Shown in pieces: positions 48,150 through 57,690 of a stretch of 64,000 nucleotides of DNA; position 1 is the stretch's first letter; every line of letters starts with the position of its first letter. The DNA is from Candidatus Helicobacter avistercoris. Lineage in GTDB: Bacteria; Campylobacterota; Campylobacteria; Campylobacterales; Helicobacteraceae. The DNA lies in NCBI GenBank assembly GCA_019115525.1, contig DXDJ01000004.1, positions 1,807 to 65,806 of the forward strand, given 5' to 3'. A program made the translations under genes and the position numbers. The notes beneath the pieces were generated by a model that worked only from the letters and a program-made list of their open reading frames with translations, made no database searches and was not told where the DNA came from.

Positions 48150-49054
48150 TTTTCCTCCTTAAGTTGATTGAGTAGATCCTCAACTTTATCTAAAGTTCCA
48201 AATCCTCTAGAATACGCACTTGCACTCCCACTTGCCACTGAGTAATAAAACGCCTCTTTGAGATTTTGATTTTTGATAAACCCTGCAATAAATCCTGCCA
48301 CCATACTATCTCCTGCCCCCACAGAATTGACAAGCTCCCCCTTTGGGACACTAAGACTATATACTTCACCATCTTCTCCCAAAAAGACTGCACCATCTCC
48401 TCCTAGAGATACCAAAATATTTCTTGCTCCCATTTCTTGAAGCTTTTTGCAATCACCCAATATCTCATCAAGAGAGTAAATTTTGTGATGAAAAATTGCC
48501 TCAAGTTCGGATTTGTTGGGCTTAATCAAAAAGGGGCGATAAGGAAGTGCCAATGTCAAAGCTTCTCCAGTCGTATCAAGGGCAACAAGTGCGTGAGAGC
48601 ATTGTTTCATAGCCTGAGCATAAAAATTCTTAGGCATTCCTTGGGCAAGTGAGCCAGAGAGAATGAGAATATCCTCTCTGCTTACTCCCTCAAGCAAGTG
48701 GAGCAAGGTTTCAATCTCATCTTGAGTAGGGATTGCTCCATTGGCGTTGATTTCACTCTCTTCTTTGGAATGAATCTTAACATTGATACGCGTATAGCCA
48801 TTTTTCAAAAAAACAAAACGGGAGTTGATATTGGCTTTTTCCAATTGTCTTGAGATCTCCTCTCCGCTAAAACCTGCCAAAAATCCTAAAGCTTGATTGG
48901 GGATTTCAAGATTGTTGAGCATGATAGAAACATTGATCCCCTTTCCTCCTACAACCAAGCTTTCACTTTTTGAGCGATTGGTTTCCCCTAGCAAAAAAGC
49001 ATCAAGTTCAAGATAATAATCCAATGCAGGATTGAGAGTTAGTGTATAGACCAC
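48146..49054 (-). CDS. fruK: 1-phosphofructokinase (PfkB family)
   Basis: YTLTLNPALDY, GGKGINVS, TRINVK, IKPNKSEL, NSVGAGDSMVAGF; 4-nt overlap with fruA. Confidence 0.93.
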   Translation of the reverse strand: MVYTLTLNPALDYYLELDAFLLGETNRSKSESLVVGGKGINVSIMLNNLEIPNQALGFLAGFSGEEISRQLEKANINSRFVFLKNGYTRINVKIHSKEESEINANGAIPTQDEIETLLHLLEGVSREDILILSGSLAQGMPKNFYAQAMKQCSHALVALDTTGEALTLALPYRPFLIKPNKSELEAIFHHKIYSLDEILGDCKKLQEMGARNILVSLGGDGAVFLGEDGEVYSLSVPKGELVNSVGAGDSMVAGFIAGFIKNQNLKEAFYYSVASGSASAYSRGFGTLDKVEDLLNQLKEEK

Positions 49055-49116
49055 AACAACTGCCTTACTTTAAAATCAAAACTCTGAATTCTAATCAAAA
49101 AAACCATAAAAACCCC

Positions 49117-49305
49117 TTAAAAAGCTTTTTTGTCTTTGAGTTTTGCCTCAATTCTATCAAGACGCTGACTCATTCCTGCTGTTGCATCAATTTGATTGAG
49201 TAAAACATAGAGTGTAAAAAGTGCAATAAAAAAACTCAATAGCAAACAAACAATTGATATTTTCAATATCTTTTTTGGCAAATCTTCCATTTTATTCTCC
49301 TGCAA
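49117..49305 (-). CDS. Small single-pass membrane protein (hypothetical)
   Basis: 62 aa, one TM helix followed by LLNQIDATA and a short coiled coil. Confidence 0.65.
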   Translation of the reverse strand: MQENKMEDLPKKILKISIVCLLLSFFIALFTLYVLLNQIDATAGMSQRLDRIEAKLKDKKAF

Positions 49306-50068
49306 TTATTGAAGTGGCTTGAAGCAAATTTTCTCTCCACATACTATCAAAGGGATTAATTTCGATAAGTTTGAGATTGGGCTTGGATACAAGATGTAAA
49401 ACTTGTTTTTTTAGGTTAAAGGGAGTGATCAAAACAAAACTTAACTTCTCTTCTTTAAAGATCTTTAGTTCTTGAGGATTGGATATATCTAAAGCTTGAA
49501 GAGAAAAATCTTTAGCATAATCTTCCCAAGTGTTTTGGAAAACACCAAAGCTCTTTTTTGCATTAGGTAGAGCAAATTTTGTTTTAATCTGATTTTCAAG
49601 CTCTTTTAATTCTTTTAAAAAAGCTTCTAAATTTTCTTTATAAATTTTTGCATTTTTAATATCAATCGCTCTTAAAACATAGGTAATCTTTTTGGCATAT
49701 TTTTTTGCACTGGACAAAGAGAGCCAAGAGTAGCAAATTTTTTCTTTGCAATGAGGTGAGGAGAGATCAAGGATGCGCAAACTAGGATTTGCATTTGCAA
49801 AACGTTTAATCCATTTCCGCTCAAAAGGGATTCCAATCGCAATATAAGCATTGAGATTTTTAATCATTTTGACTTGTTCAATACTTGGCTCATATAATCG
49901 TGGATTACGTGATTGAGGAACGATTGTTACAACCTCTACAAACTCTCCTCCAATTTTTTTAAGAAAGTATTCTTCTACTGCAATACTCACGCCGACTTTG
50001 ACTTTAAAATTATCCTCCACTGCCAATAAGAAGATACATAGAGTAAAAAATACAAAAAGCTTTTTCAC
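49292..50068 (-). CDS. Metal ABC transporter substrate-binding protein (ZnuA/TroA family)
   Basis: Signal peptide, KIGGEFVEV, PRLYEPS, GIPFERKW, WLS; metal-ligand His residues look degenerate. Confidence 0.75.
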   Translation of the reverse strand: MKKLFVFFTLCIFLLAVEDNFKVKVGVSIAVEEYFLKKIGGEFVEVVTIVPQSRNPRLYEPSIEQVKMIKNLNAYIAIGIPFERKWIKRFANANPSLRILDLSSPHCKEKICYSWLSLSSAKKYAKKITYVLRAIDIKNAKIYKENLEAFLKELKELENQIKTKFALPNAKKSFGVFQNTWEDYAKDFSLQALDISNPQELKIFKEEKLSFVLITPFNLKKQVLHLVSKPNLKLIEINPFDSMWRENLLQATSIIAGE

Positions 50069-51420
50069 TGCTTTTCTTCTCCAATATCTCTCATAAGGGT
50101 ATATAAATCATTCACAAGTAGCACTCTCTCTCCTAGGGTCTTTCCTCTTCCCCAAATCCCATTATATTCATTGGCTGGCTGGAGCGTTGTGATTACAACT
50201 CCACCCAAACGATACTCTTCCTTCCCCCAAATATCTCCTGCTTGAACACTCCACGCACTATGAGCTACAATCGCTCTTCCTTTTTTATCTCTCCCCAAAT
50301 AAAGCATAATATGCCCTTTAAGATACAAAACACTTCCAAAAGGCGTGGCATTGGAAAATAAAACTTTTTCTTTTTGAGATGATATTAGAGTATCAAGCTT
50401 GATCTGCCGAGTTCCTAAGTTTCCTTGTGCATAGGAATTGCGTGGCAAATATAGAGCAAAATTGGAGAAAATATCTCTAATAAAGGCTGAGCAATCTCTC
50501 TCCTCATACATCCCTCCCCATCCATACTGGCGTCCAATGAGAGCATTGATATATTCTGCTACTTTTTTTTGTGAAAAAATTACAGGGAAAGAATCAAAGG
50601 CTTGAGGATCAATGCGTGTTTTCTCAATCCTGAGTTTTCCATCACTTTGTCGCTTAAAAATCCAAATCTTGTCTTTATCTGCGAGTGCAAAAAGTTTTCC
50701 AATCCTAGCTTGGGTTATATAATCCCCTCTCCAATCTGTGATGATCATTTCATCATTTTTAGGCATCACAAAGTCTTTGATGGATGCAAGCTCTTTGGCT
50801 TGTTTTGCAGTTACGAAAGCCAAATGACTTACATCAACCCAGCCATAAACAAACTCTGTTTGAATGTGTGCAAATCGTTTGCTTTTATCAAAATGTGTCA
50901 CCAAAACTGGGGTGCCATAAAAAATCATTGAGTTTTGCCAACGATCAAAAGGAAAGCCTGTTGGTTTTGAGAATCTAGGATGGACACTTGGCACAGCCCT
51001 TACATCGCTATCTTTTATCACAATTGCCATTTGAGCACTGCTAGGATAAAGGGGGATTTGCATATCTTGTAAAATCTTTTGTGTCATTTTTGGATCAAGG
51101 GGTTTTAGATTTTCTCCATATCCTAGATTTTTTTCTAGAGAACTTTTGATCCAAAAAACTTCAGCAACGTTTGGATTGGGTGTCATTCCTAAAAATGGAG
51201 CAAAAAATTTTTTTAGATAATTCTCTTTGAGATTACGCATTTCTTCACTGCTAAGGCGTGAAACTTTTTTTTGAGGCAGATACTCCAGCGCATCCTGAGA
51301 CATCAAAAGATCCGCGATAGGTTTCTTTTTTTCTTGTGAATTATTTGAGCAACCCCAAAAAAACAAACAAATCAAAAAGAGATTAATAAAATTTCTCATA
51401 CCCTTCCTTAGAAAATCCAA
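50065..51420 (-). CDS. SH3 + NlpC/P60 peptidoglycan hydrolase lipoprotein
   Basis: Lipobox FFWGC, YPFD-like FPFDRWQNS, YGWGG...RDCSAF, LPRNS, GHIMLYLG. Confidence 0.88.
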   Translation of the reverse strand: MDFLRKGMRNFINLFLICLFFWGCSNNSQEKKKPIADLLMSQDALEYLPQKKVSRLSSEEMRNLKENYLKKFFAPFLGMTPNPNVAEVFWIKSSLEKNLGYGENLKPLDPKMTQKILQDMQIPLYPSSAQMAIVIKDSDVRAVPSVHPRFSKPTGFPFDRWQNSMIFYGTPVLVTHFDKSKRFAHIQTEFVYGWVDVSHLAFVTAKQAKELASIKDFVMPKNDEMIITDWRGDYITQARIGKLFALADKDKIWIFKRQSDGKLRIEKTRIDPQAFDSFPVIFSQKKVAEYINALIGRQYGWGGMYEERDCSAFIRDIFSNFALYLPRNSYAQGNLGTRQIKLDTLISSQKEKVLFSNATPFGSVLYLKGHIMLYLGRDKKGRAIVAHSAWSVQAGDIWGKEEYRLGGVVITTLQPANEYNGIWGRGKTLGERVLLVNDLYTLMRDIGEEKQ

Positions 51421-51721
51421 ACTCCAAAATATCTTGATCGATCAAAATAGGACGCTTGATCAAAGTTGGATTCTCGCTCATCAAAGCAATCAGTTCATTT
51501 TCATTCATTTTTTGGATATCAGGACTCATGGCACGATAGGTGATTCCTTTTTTGTTCAAAACTTTATCCATTCCTTTTTGTTTCACCCACTCTGCAATCA
51601 TTTTTGTGCTAGGAGGATTTTTTTTGTAATCAACAAAATTATATTCAATATGACGACTATTTAAAAACACCAATACTTTTTTCACACTTTGACAATTCTT
51701 AATGCCCCAAACTTCAACCAT
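51383..51721 (-). CDS. ArsC/Spx-family protein
   Basis: WGIKNCQSVKK, NKKGITYR, PTLIKRPIL. Confidence 0.88.
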   Translation of the reverse strand: MVEVWGIKNCQSVKKVLVFLNSRHIEYNFVDYKKNPPSTKMIAEWVKQKGMDKVLNKKGITYRAMSPDIQKMNENELIALMSENPTLIKRPILIDQDILEFGFSKEGYEKFY

Positions 51722-51731
51722 TTTCCGATCC

Positions 51732-52166
51732 TTAAAGTGTTTTTAGCAAATTTACAGTGCATTCTTTAATCATTGCATACACTCGCTCAAATCCTTCCAT
51801 CCCTACATAATAGTAAGGATCGGGCACATCCTCTCCATCAAAACCAAAATCTCCTAGCTTTTTGATCTTTTCTCTCTCAAATCCAAGAGAGAGTAAATCT
51901 TGAAAATTTTGAGAATCCATACACACAATTAAGTCAAAATCATTATCCTTTGGATAGCGTATTGGCCGACTTACAATCCCCTCCAAAGAAACTCCATATT
52001 TTTTAGCCACAGCCAAACTTCCCTTGCATGGCCTCTCTCCTTGATGATAGCCACTAAGTCCTGCAGAATCAAAAGAATGGCTTCTATCCAAATCTCTTGC
52101 AATTCCCTCAGCCAAAGGCGAACGGCAAATATTACCTAAGCAAACAAAAAGAATGCGTTTGCTCAC
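51732..52166 (-). CDS. Low-molecular-weight protein-tyrosine phosphatase
   Basis: VCLGNICRS P-loop, DSAG, DVPDPYY. Confidence 0.93.
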   Translation of the reverse strand: MSKRILFVCLGNICRSPLAEGIARDLDRSHSFDSAGLSGYHQGERPCKGSLAVAKKYGVSLEGIVSRPIRYPKDNDFDLIVCMDSQNFQDLLSLGFEREKIKKLGDFGFDGEDVPDPYYYVGMEGFERVYAMIKECTVNLLKTL

Positions 52167-54010
52167 AGAGCTTCCTTAATAGATTGCACAAGTTTGGGAA
52201 TACTTAGCCCCAAACTCTCTTCAATCAAAGCTGTTTTTCCATGAGGAATAAACTCATCTTGGATTTCAAAAGTTTTTAGCTCTACTCCCCCTATCCCCTC
52301 TTGTGCAATAAACTCCAGCAATGCACTTCCTACCCCTCCAAGCCTATAACTATCACTAAAGACAAAAACCTTAGAGTATTGCTTGAAAAGTTTTTTCAAC
52401 CCCTCACGATCTAAGGGCTTAATAAACCTCAAATCCACAACACCTACTTCTATCCCCTCTTTTTGCAATTCCTCTGCAACCCTATATGCTCTTCCCACAC
52501 CATTTCCATAACCAATCAAAACCCCCCTCTCCCCCTCTCTTAAAACTTCAAGTTTTCCAAGTTCAAAATCCCTAGCCTCAACCTCCCCCTCATTCATGAC
52601 AAATTCTCCTCTAGGGTAGCGAAAGGCACTAGGAGAATCACAATGAGAATAAGCAAACTTCACAGCCTTTCTCAAGGTTACCAAATCTCGTGGGGCAAAA
52701 AGGATCATATTTGGAATACTTCTAAGATAAGCAATATCCAAAAGTCCTTGATGAGTTTCTCCATCTTCTCCCACTATTCCAGCTCGATCAATTGCAAATC
52801 TTACAGGAGAGCTCATAATCCCTACATCATGCACAATGCTATCATAGGCTCTTTGCAAAAATGTCGAATAGATTGCCACAAAGGGTTTAAATCCCTTTTG
52901 AGCAAGTGCAGAGCAAGAAGTAACTCCATGAGCTTCAGCTATGGCCACATCCCAAAAGCGTTGCGGATATGCTTCCATAAGTGCATTCATCCCTGTTCCA
53001 CTAGGCATTGCAGCAGTAATCCCCACAACACTCTCATCTGTACTTGCAAGCTCTTTGAGTGTTTCTCCAAAAATCTGAGTGGGTGAGATTGAGGAGCTTT
53101 TTTTTAGACTTTCTCCACTTTGCAAATCAAAAGGAGAAACTCCATGCCATTTTTCAAACTGCCCCTCTGCAATTTTATATCCTTTGCCTTTTGTCGTTTG
53201 AGCATGAATAAGCACTGGAGCTTTCATCTCTTTTGCTTTTTTGAGAGTAGAGATAATTTCTTCAAGATTATGTCCATCAATAGGGCCAATATAATTCAAT
53301 CCCAATTCTTCAAACAAAATCCCAGGAGTAATGAGCTTAAAAGATTCTTCAAACTTTCTTGCCATATAAGTTGCACTATCAGGCATCTTTTTGAGAATCT
53401 TTTTTATCCCACCTTTTACTCCTTGACAAAAGGGTGAAGCAATGGCTTGAGAAAGATAGCGAGAGATCGCACCAATGGGTTTGCTAATACTCATTTCATT
53501 GTCATTAAGAATGATAATCATTGGGTATTTTCTCTCCCCTAGTTCATTGAGTGCCTCATACACTAGACCAGAGCTCATTGCCCCATCACCGATCAAAACC
53601 ACAGGAAGAGTATCTTGCTTTTGCAATGAAAAAGCCTTGGCTACCCCTACTCCAGCAGAAATAGCGGTAGAACTATGCCCAGCAATAAAAAAATCCGAAG
53701 AAGATTCTTTGGGGTTGGGGAATCCGCTTAATCCGCCAAAACTTCTTAGACTTTCAAACTCTTCCCAGCGTCCAGTAAGGAGTTTGTGAGCGTAAGCTTG
53801 ATGTCCTACATCAAAAATAAAAGGATTGCTAAGATGATCAAAAACTTGATGCATCCCCACGATCAAATCCACAGCTCCTAGTGCAGAGCTAAGATGTCCT
53901 CCATTGCGAGACACAACATCCAAAATCCTCTCTCTTAGAGCTTGAGCGATATTTGCGAGTTCTGAGAAATTTTCATTTCCTCTCACTTCTTCATATCCAA
54001 AACCCATCAA
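52163..54010 (-). CDS. dxs: 1-deoxy-D-xylulose-5-phosphate synthase
   Basis: GGHLSS, DVGHQAYAHK, GHSSTA, GDGA...ND TPP motif, DRAGIVGEDGETHQG. Confidence 0.98.
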   Translation of the reverse strand: MMGFGYEEVRGNENFSELANIAQALRERILDVVSRNGGHLSSALGAVDLIVGMHQVFDHLSNPFIFDVGHQAYAHKLLTGRWEEFESLRSFGGLSGFPNPKESSSDFFIAGHSSTAISAGVGVAKAFSLQKQDTLPVVLIGDGAMSSGLVYEALNELGERKYPMIIILNDNEMSISKPIGAISRYLSQAIASPFCQGVKGGIKKILKKMPDSATYMARKFEESFKLITPGILFEELGLNYIGPIDGHNLEEIISTLKKAKEMKAPVLIHAQTTKGKGYKIAEGQFEKWHGVSPFDLQSGESLKKSSSISPTQIFGETLKELASTDESVVGITAAMPSGTGMNALMEAYPQRFWDVAIAEAHGVTSCSALAQKGFKPFVAIYSTFLQRAYDSIVHDVGIMSSPVRFAIDRAGIVGEDGETHQGLLDIAYLRSIPNMILFAPRDLVTLRKAVKFAYSHCDSPSAFRYPRGEFVMNEGEVEARDFELGKLEVLREGERGVLIGYGNGVGRAYRVAEELQKEGIEVGVVDLRFIKPLDREGLKKLFKQYSKVFVFSDSYRLGGVGSALLEFIAQEGIGGVELKTFEIQDEFIPHGKTALIEESLGLSIPKLVQSIKEAL

Positions 54011-54792
54011 AGACCTTTTTCTTCTAAAATATTGCGTTTGAGATTTTTATATCTTGAGAGGATAGTTCCATCAAAATTTCCCTTTGGACTTGAGATGACT
54101 ACTCCCCCTCGTGAAATTAGCGTATCTGCCTCAAAATGGATTTTTTGAATCTGCGGAAGCTTTTCTTGTAGATAAGGCAAATCTAGTGGATTTGCCTTAA
54201 GGACAATCTCATTGCTATCTGCAATAGGAGCAAGAAGCTCCTTTGCGATCTCACAAGCAATCTTGGCACTCTCTTCTTGCACTTCCTTAACTATCACTTC
54301 CTTTGCCAAATCCAATGCAATTGCACTCAACTCACCCTCTAAATTTTTGACACTCTCATAAGATTGGTTTAGAGCTTCATTGAGATTTTGGATTGCAAGA
54401 ACAAGGGCTTGTTTTTGACTTTCAATCTGGGATTGTAGCTCTTCTCGGGCTTTTTTCTCCCCTTCTAAGACTCCCTGCTCATAAGCACCTTTTTTGCTCT
54501 CTTCAAGCAAAGCTTGAGAATCTCCACTATGCATGGCTTGAATTTGTGATTGCAAAGCCTCAAGAGTGCTTTCTAATTTTTTATTACCTTGCAAAATTTC
54601 TGCAAGTGTTTCTTGAAAAGCTACAAGATCACTGTCTGCAACTGAGGGTATCTCTGCACTTGGAGTGTATATCCCGCTCTCCTCTATAGAAGGGGCAATC
54701 TGTGCTTCCAAAGCTTTGTCCATACTTCTAAACTCATATTTTTTTATCGTATGCTTTTCGTGATCGGTTTGTGTGATGAAATTATTGTCCAT
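54007..54792 (-). CDS. fliH: Flagellar export protein FliH
   Basis: GxxxG/A repeats (AYEQGVLEG), ANPLD, RGGVVI...GNFDG; follows fliG. Confidence 0.9.
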   Translation of the reverse strand: MDNNFITQTDHEKHTIKKYEFRSMDKALEAQIAPSIEESGIYTPSAEIPSVADSDLVAFQETLAEILQGNKKLESTLEALQSQIQAMHSGDSQALLEESKKGAYEQGVLEGEKKAREELQSQIESQKQALVLAIQNLNEALNQSYESVKNLEGELSAIALDLAKEVIVKEVQEESAKIACEIAKELLAPIADSNEIVLKANPLDLPYLQEKLPQIQKIHFEADTLISRGGVVISSPKGNFDGTILSRYKNLKRNILEEKGL

Positions 54793-55823
54793 TATTCAAC
54801 TACCTCGTCTCCATCTCCAATTTGAATGAGTCCTTGCTCGGCTAGAGCTTGAACCATCTCTGCGATTTTTCTTTGTGCAGCTTCAACATCTTTGAGTTTT
54901 ACAGCACCCAAGAATTGCATCTCTTCAATAAACTGCTCTGCAGCTCTTTGAGACATATTGGATGTGAATTTTTCTTTGAGCTCATCTGTTGAAGTCTTAA
55001 GAGCAAGAGTGAGATCTTTTTTATCCACAACCTTAAGAATCTCTCGGATTGCTGTATTATCAAGATTGATAATATCATTGAATGTAAACATCATTTCTTT
55101 GATCACGCTTGCCAAAGATTTATCCACTTTTTCAATGTGTTCAATCGTAGTAACTGCAGCTTTTTGACCCAATTTATTAAAGATTTCAGCAACAGTTCTT
55201 GGACCACCAGCCTCGATTTTATAGCTTGTAAGAGCCTCAAGCCTACTCTCAAGAACCGTTGAAACTCTTTTAACGATATTTGGAGAAATATCTCCTAGAT
55301 TTGCCATTCTAATTGCGATTTCAGCCTTAACATCATCAGGAAAATAAGAGAGTGTTTGAGCTGCACTTCCTGCCTCCATGTGAGCCAAAATCAAAGCCAC
55401 AGTTTGAGGATGTTCATTGATGATGAAGTTTGCAAGTTGCTGAGGTTTGACTTTTGCAAGATAACTAAAGTTTTGAGAAGTTTGCATCGTCTTGCTGAGT
55501 TTGTCAATAATTCTTTTTGCTTCATCATGTCCCAAAGCCTTTGTAAGTATCTCTCTTGCATAATCAAAACCACCAGTGCTAATGTATTGATTGCTTTGTA
55601 GGATTGCATAAAACTCTTCTAGCACAGCTGCACCCACAGCCCTATCCGTTCCATTCATAAGGGCAATATGCCGAGTTACTTCAGTTACTGCTTCAGTATC
55701 AAGATAATGCAAAATATCACTTGTTATATCTTCTCCCATTTGCAAAAGTAAAATTGCAATTTTTTCAGACATTGAGAGATCATCAAATTGTGCTTTTTGT
55801 CGTGCTGTAAGATTGGATGCCAT
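54792..55823 (-). CDS. fliG: Flagellar motor switch protein FliG
   Basis: GGFDYA, EHPQTVALILAH, KEMMFTF, LALK, SQRA. Confidence 0.97.
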   Translation of the reverse strand: MASNLTARQKAQFDDLSMSEKIAILLLQMGEDITSDILHYLDTEAVTEVTRHIALMNGTDRAVGAAVLEEFYAILQSNQYISTGGFDYAREILTKALGHDEAKRIIDKLSKTMQTSQNFSYLAKVKPQQLANFIINEHPQTVALILAHMEAGSAAQTLSYFPDDVKAEIAIRMANLGDISPNIVKRVSTVLESRLEALTSYKIEAGGPRTVAEIFNKLGQKAAVTTIEHIEKVDKSLASVIKEMMFTFNDIINLDNTAIREILKVVDKKDLTLALKTSTDELKEKFTSNMSQRAAEQFIEEMQFLGAVKLKDVEAAQRKIAEMVQALAEQGLIQIGDGDEVVE

Positions 55824-55833
55824 GGCTTACTCC

Positions 55834-57561
55834 TTATCCTTCATCTTTTTCTTGTTTTTGCATTCCGCCCTCAAGTCCTAGTTCATCACTGATAAGGCGT
55901 TGGAAGAGAGCTGCAATCTCTTGAGGCTTCTCAGAAATCATATCTCTCATTCTCTCTACTAAGACATCATATTTAATATCATCTTCATTGAGCAGATTCT
56001 CTCCGCCAAGTTGTTCCTCAATTCTTTTTCTTGTTTCACTTAGCTTGCTATCTGTCCCCTTAACTTCATCATCACCAAGAGCAGAGCCAATATCTGTATC
56101 TTCATCTTCTTGATTTGAGAGCATTCTCTCCACAAATGGAGTGATGACTTTTTTGTAAAACACATAAGCAATCAAAAGCACAATGAGATATTTTAAGATT
56201 GGGATAAATGGATTTGTGTATTTCTTGATATCACCCACAATACTATCCCATTTATCTTTGGGTTTAAAGACTTGTGTCGCACTATTAAGCTCAAAATTAC
56301 TTACAGAAATTTCATCACCCCTCTCTTTGTCAAACCCCACAGCTTGGCGTGCAAGTGCATTGATCTTGTCCATACTTTCTTGCGAGAGTGGGAAGTATTT
56401 TAGTTTCTCAACCCCACCTTCCTCAACTTGCTCATAGCTTCCATCAACAACAACAGCAACGCTCAAACGCTTCAAAACTCCAAACTCCCCTTTAATCTCG
56501 CTAACAGTTTTGCCTACTTCATAGTTTGTTGTGTTTGTAGATTTTTCATATTTTTCTCCCCCTTGAGAATCAAGTCCTTGCACCGGACCTATGTTGCTTA
56601 CAACACCTGGCACACCGCCTACTTCTTTGGGTCTAAGTCCCTCACGCTTTTCTTCTAGACTCTGTTCGCTTCGCACGACATTGTTGGGATCAAAGCTCTC
56701 TTGAGTGCTTTTGGTTTGACGAAAATCAAATTCAGCCGTTACCTTGGCTACAACACGATCTTTTCCTCCTACAATTGGAGAAAGGATGTTGATGATCTTT
56801 TCTTCAAGAGTTTTTTCGTAATTATTTTTGTATTTCATCTGCATATTGATGATTTTGGCGAGTTCTCTTGAGGTAGCCTCTTCGGTGTTTTCCCCCAATG
56901 TCTCTCCATTCTCATCAACAATCTTTACATTTTCTGGAGTTAGTTTAGTCACTGCGGCTGATACAAGATTTTTAATCCCCAAAACCTGCGTAGGAGAGAG
57001 AACCATATTTTCTTTGATTTTGACAACAACAGAAGCTGTTGGTGGCGTAGCCTTGCTCACAAAGACACTATCTTTTGGTAGGGCAATATGCACTTGTGCC
57101 TCTTCAATAGGAGTAAGAGATTGGATCGTTCGTGCAAGCTCTCCCTCTGTGGCTCTTAAGAATTTAATCTTTTGATCAAAATCTGTCGCCCCAAAATCTT
57201 TTGTATCAAAGATTTCAAACCCAATCTTAGAGCTTTTTGGCAATCCCTTACTAGCCAATGCGATTCTTTGCTCATACACCTGAGCCTTTGGAACCAAAAT
57301 CGTGTCTTCTTTTGGCAATTCATAAGGAATGTTGTTTTGCTGGAGATGTTGAACAATCAAGGCACTATCACTTGGATCAACCCCCTCAAAAAGCACCGCA
57401 TAGCCAGCAGTTGTATCCGCTCCTTTGTTAGTAGAAAACACAATCAAATAAGCCAAAAATGCAACAACAGCAAAAATACTTCCTAGGATAACGATTTTTT
57501 GCTTCTTGTTAATCTTGTCGTAAAAGTCTCTAATTTGCTTAATTAACGCCCCTATATCCAA
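55834..57561 (-). CDS. fliF: Flagellar MS-ring protein FliF
   Basis: GFEIFD..DFGATDFDQ, EGELARTI, VHIALPK, PTASV, PGVVSN, NYEV, RLSVAVVVDG. Confidence 0.97.
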   Translation of the reverse strand: MDIGALIKQIRDFYDKINKKQKIVILGSIFAVVAFLAYLIVFSTNKGADTTAGYAVLFEGVDPSDSALIVQHLQQNNIPYELPKEDTILVPKAQVYEQRIALASKGLPKSSKIGFEIFDTKDFGATDFDQKIKFLRATEGELARTIQSLTPIEEAQVHIALPKDSVFVSKATPPTASVVVKIKENMVLSPTQVLGIKNLVSAAVTKLTPENVKIVDENGETLGENTEEATSRELAKIINMQMKYKNNYEKTLEEKIINILSPIVGGKDRVVAKVTAEFDFRQTKSTQESFDPNNVVRSEQSLEEKREGLRPKEVGGVPGVVSNIGPVQGLDSQGGEKYEKSTNTTNYEVGKTVSEIKGEFGVLKRLSVAVVVDGSYEQVEEGGVEKLKYFPLSQESMDKINALARQAVGFDKERGDEISVSNFELNSATQVFKPKDKWDSIVGDIKKYTNPFIPILKYLIVLLIAYVFYKKVITPFVERMLSNQEDEDTDIGSALGDDEVKGTDSKLSETRKRIEEQLGGENLLNEDDIKYDVLVERMRDMISEKPQEIAALFQRLISDELGLEGGMQKQEKDEG

Positions 57562-57645
57562 TACAAAACCCTTTTCAAATAATATACAAGCTAAAAAATG
57601 TTTATTTTATCCAAAAAACCTCTAGTGATATGAAAAATTCAGCTT

Positions 57646-57654
57646 TGCTATAAT
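57646..57654 (+). promoter_or_regulatory. Extended -10 promoter (TGcTATAAT) of PMM/PGM
   Basis: TGCTATAAT about 36 nt upstream of ATG 57691. Confidence 0.55.
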
Positions 57655-57690
57655 ATGTTCTAAATGATTTTCACCTTGAAGGATGTTTAG

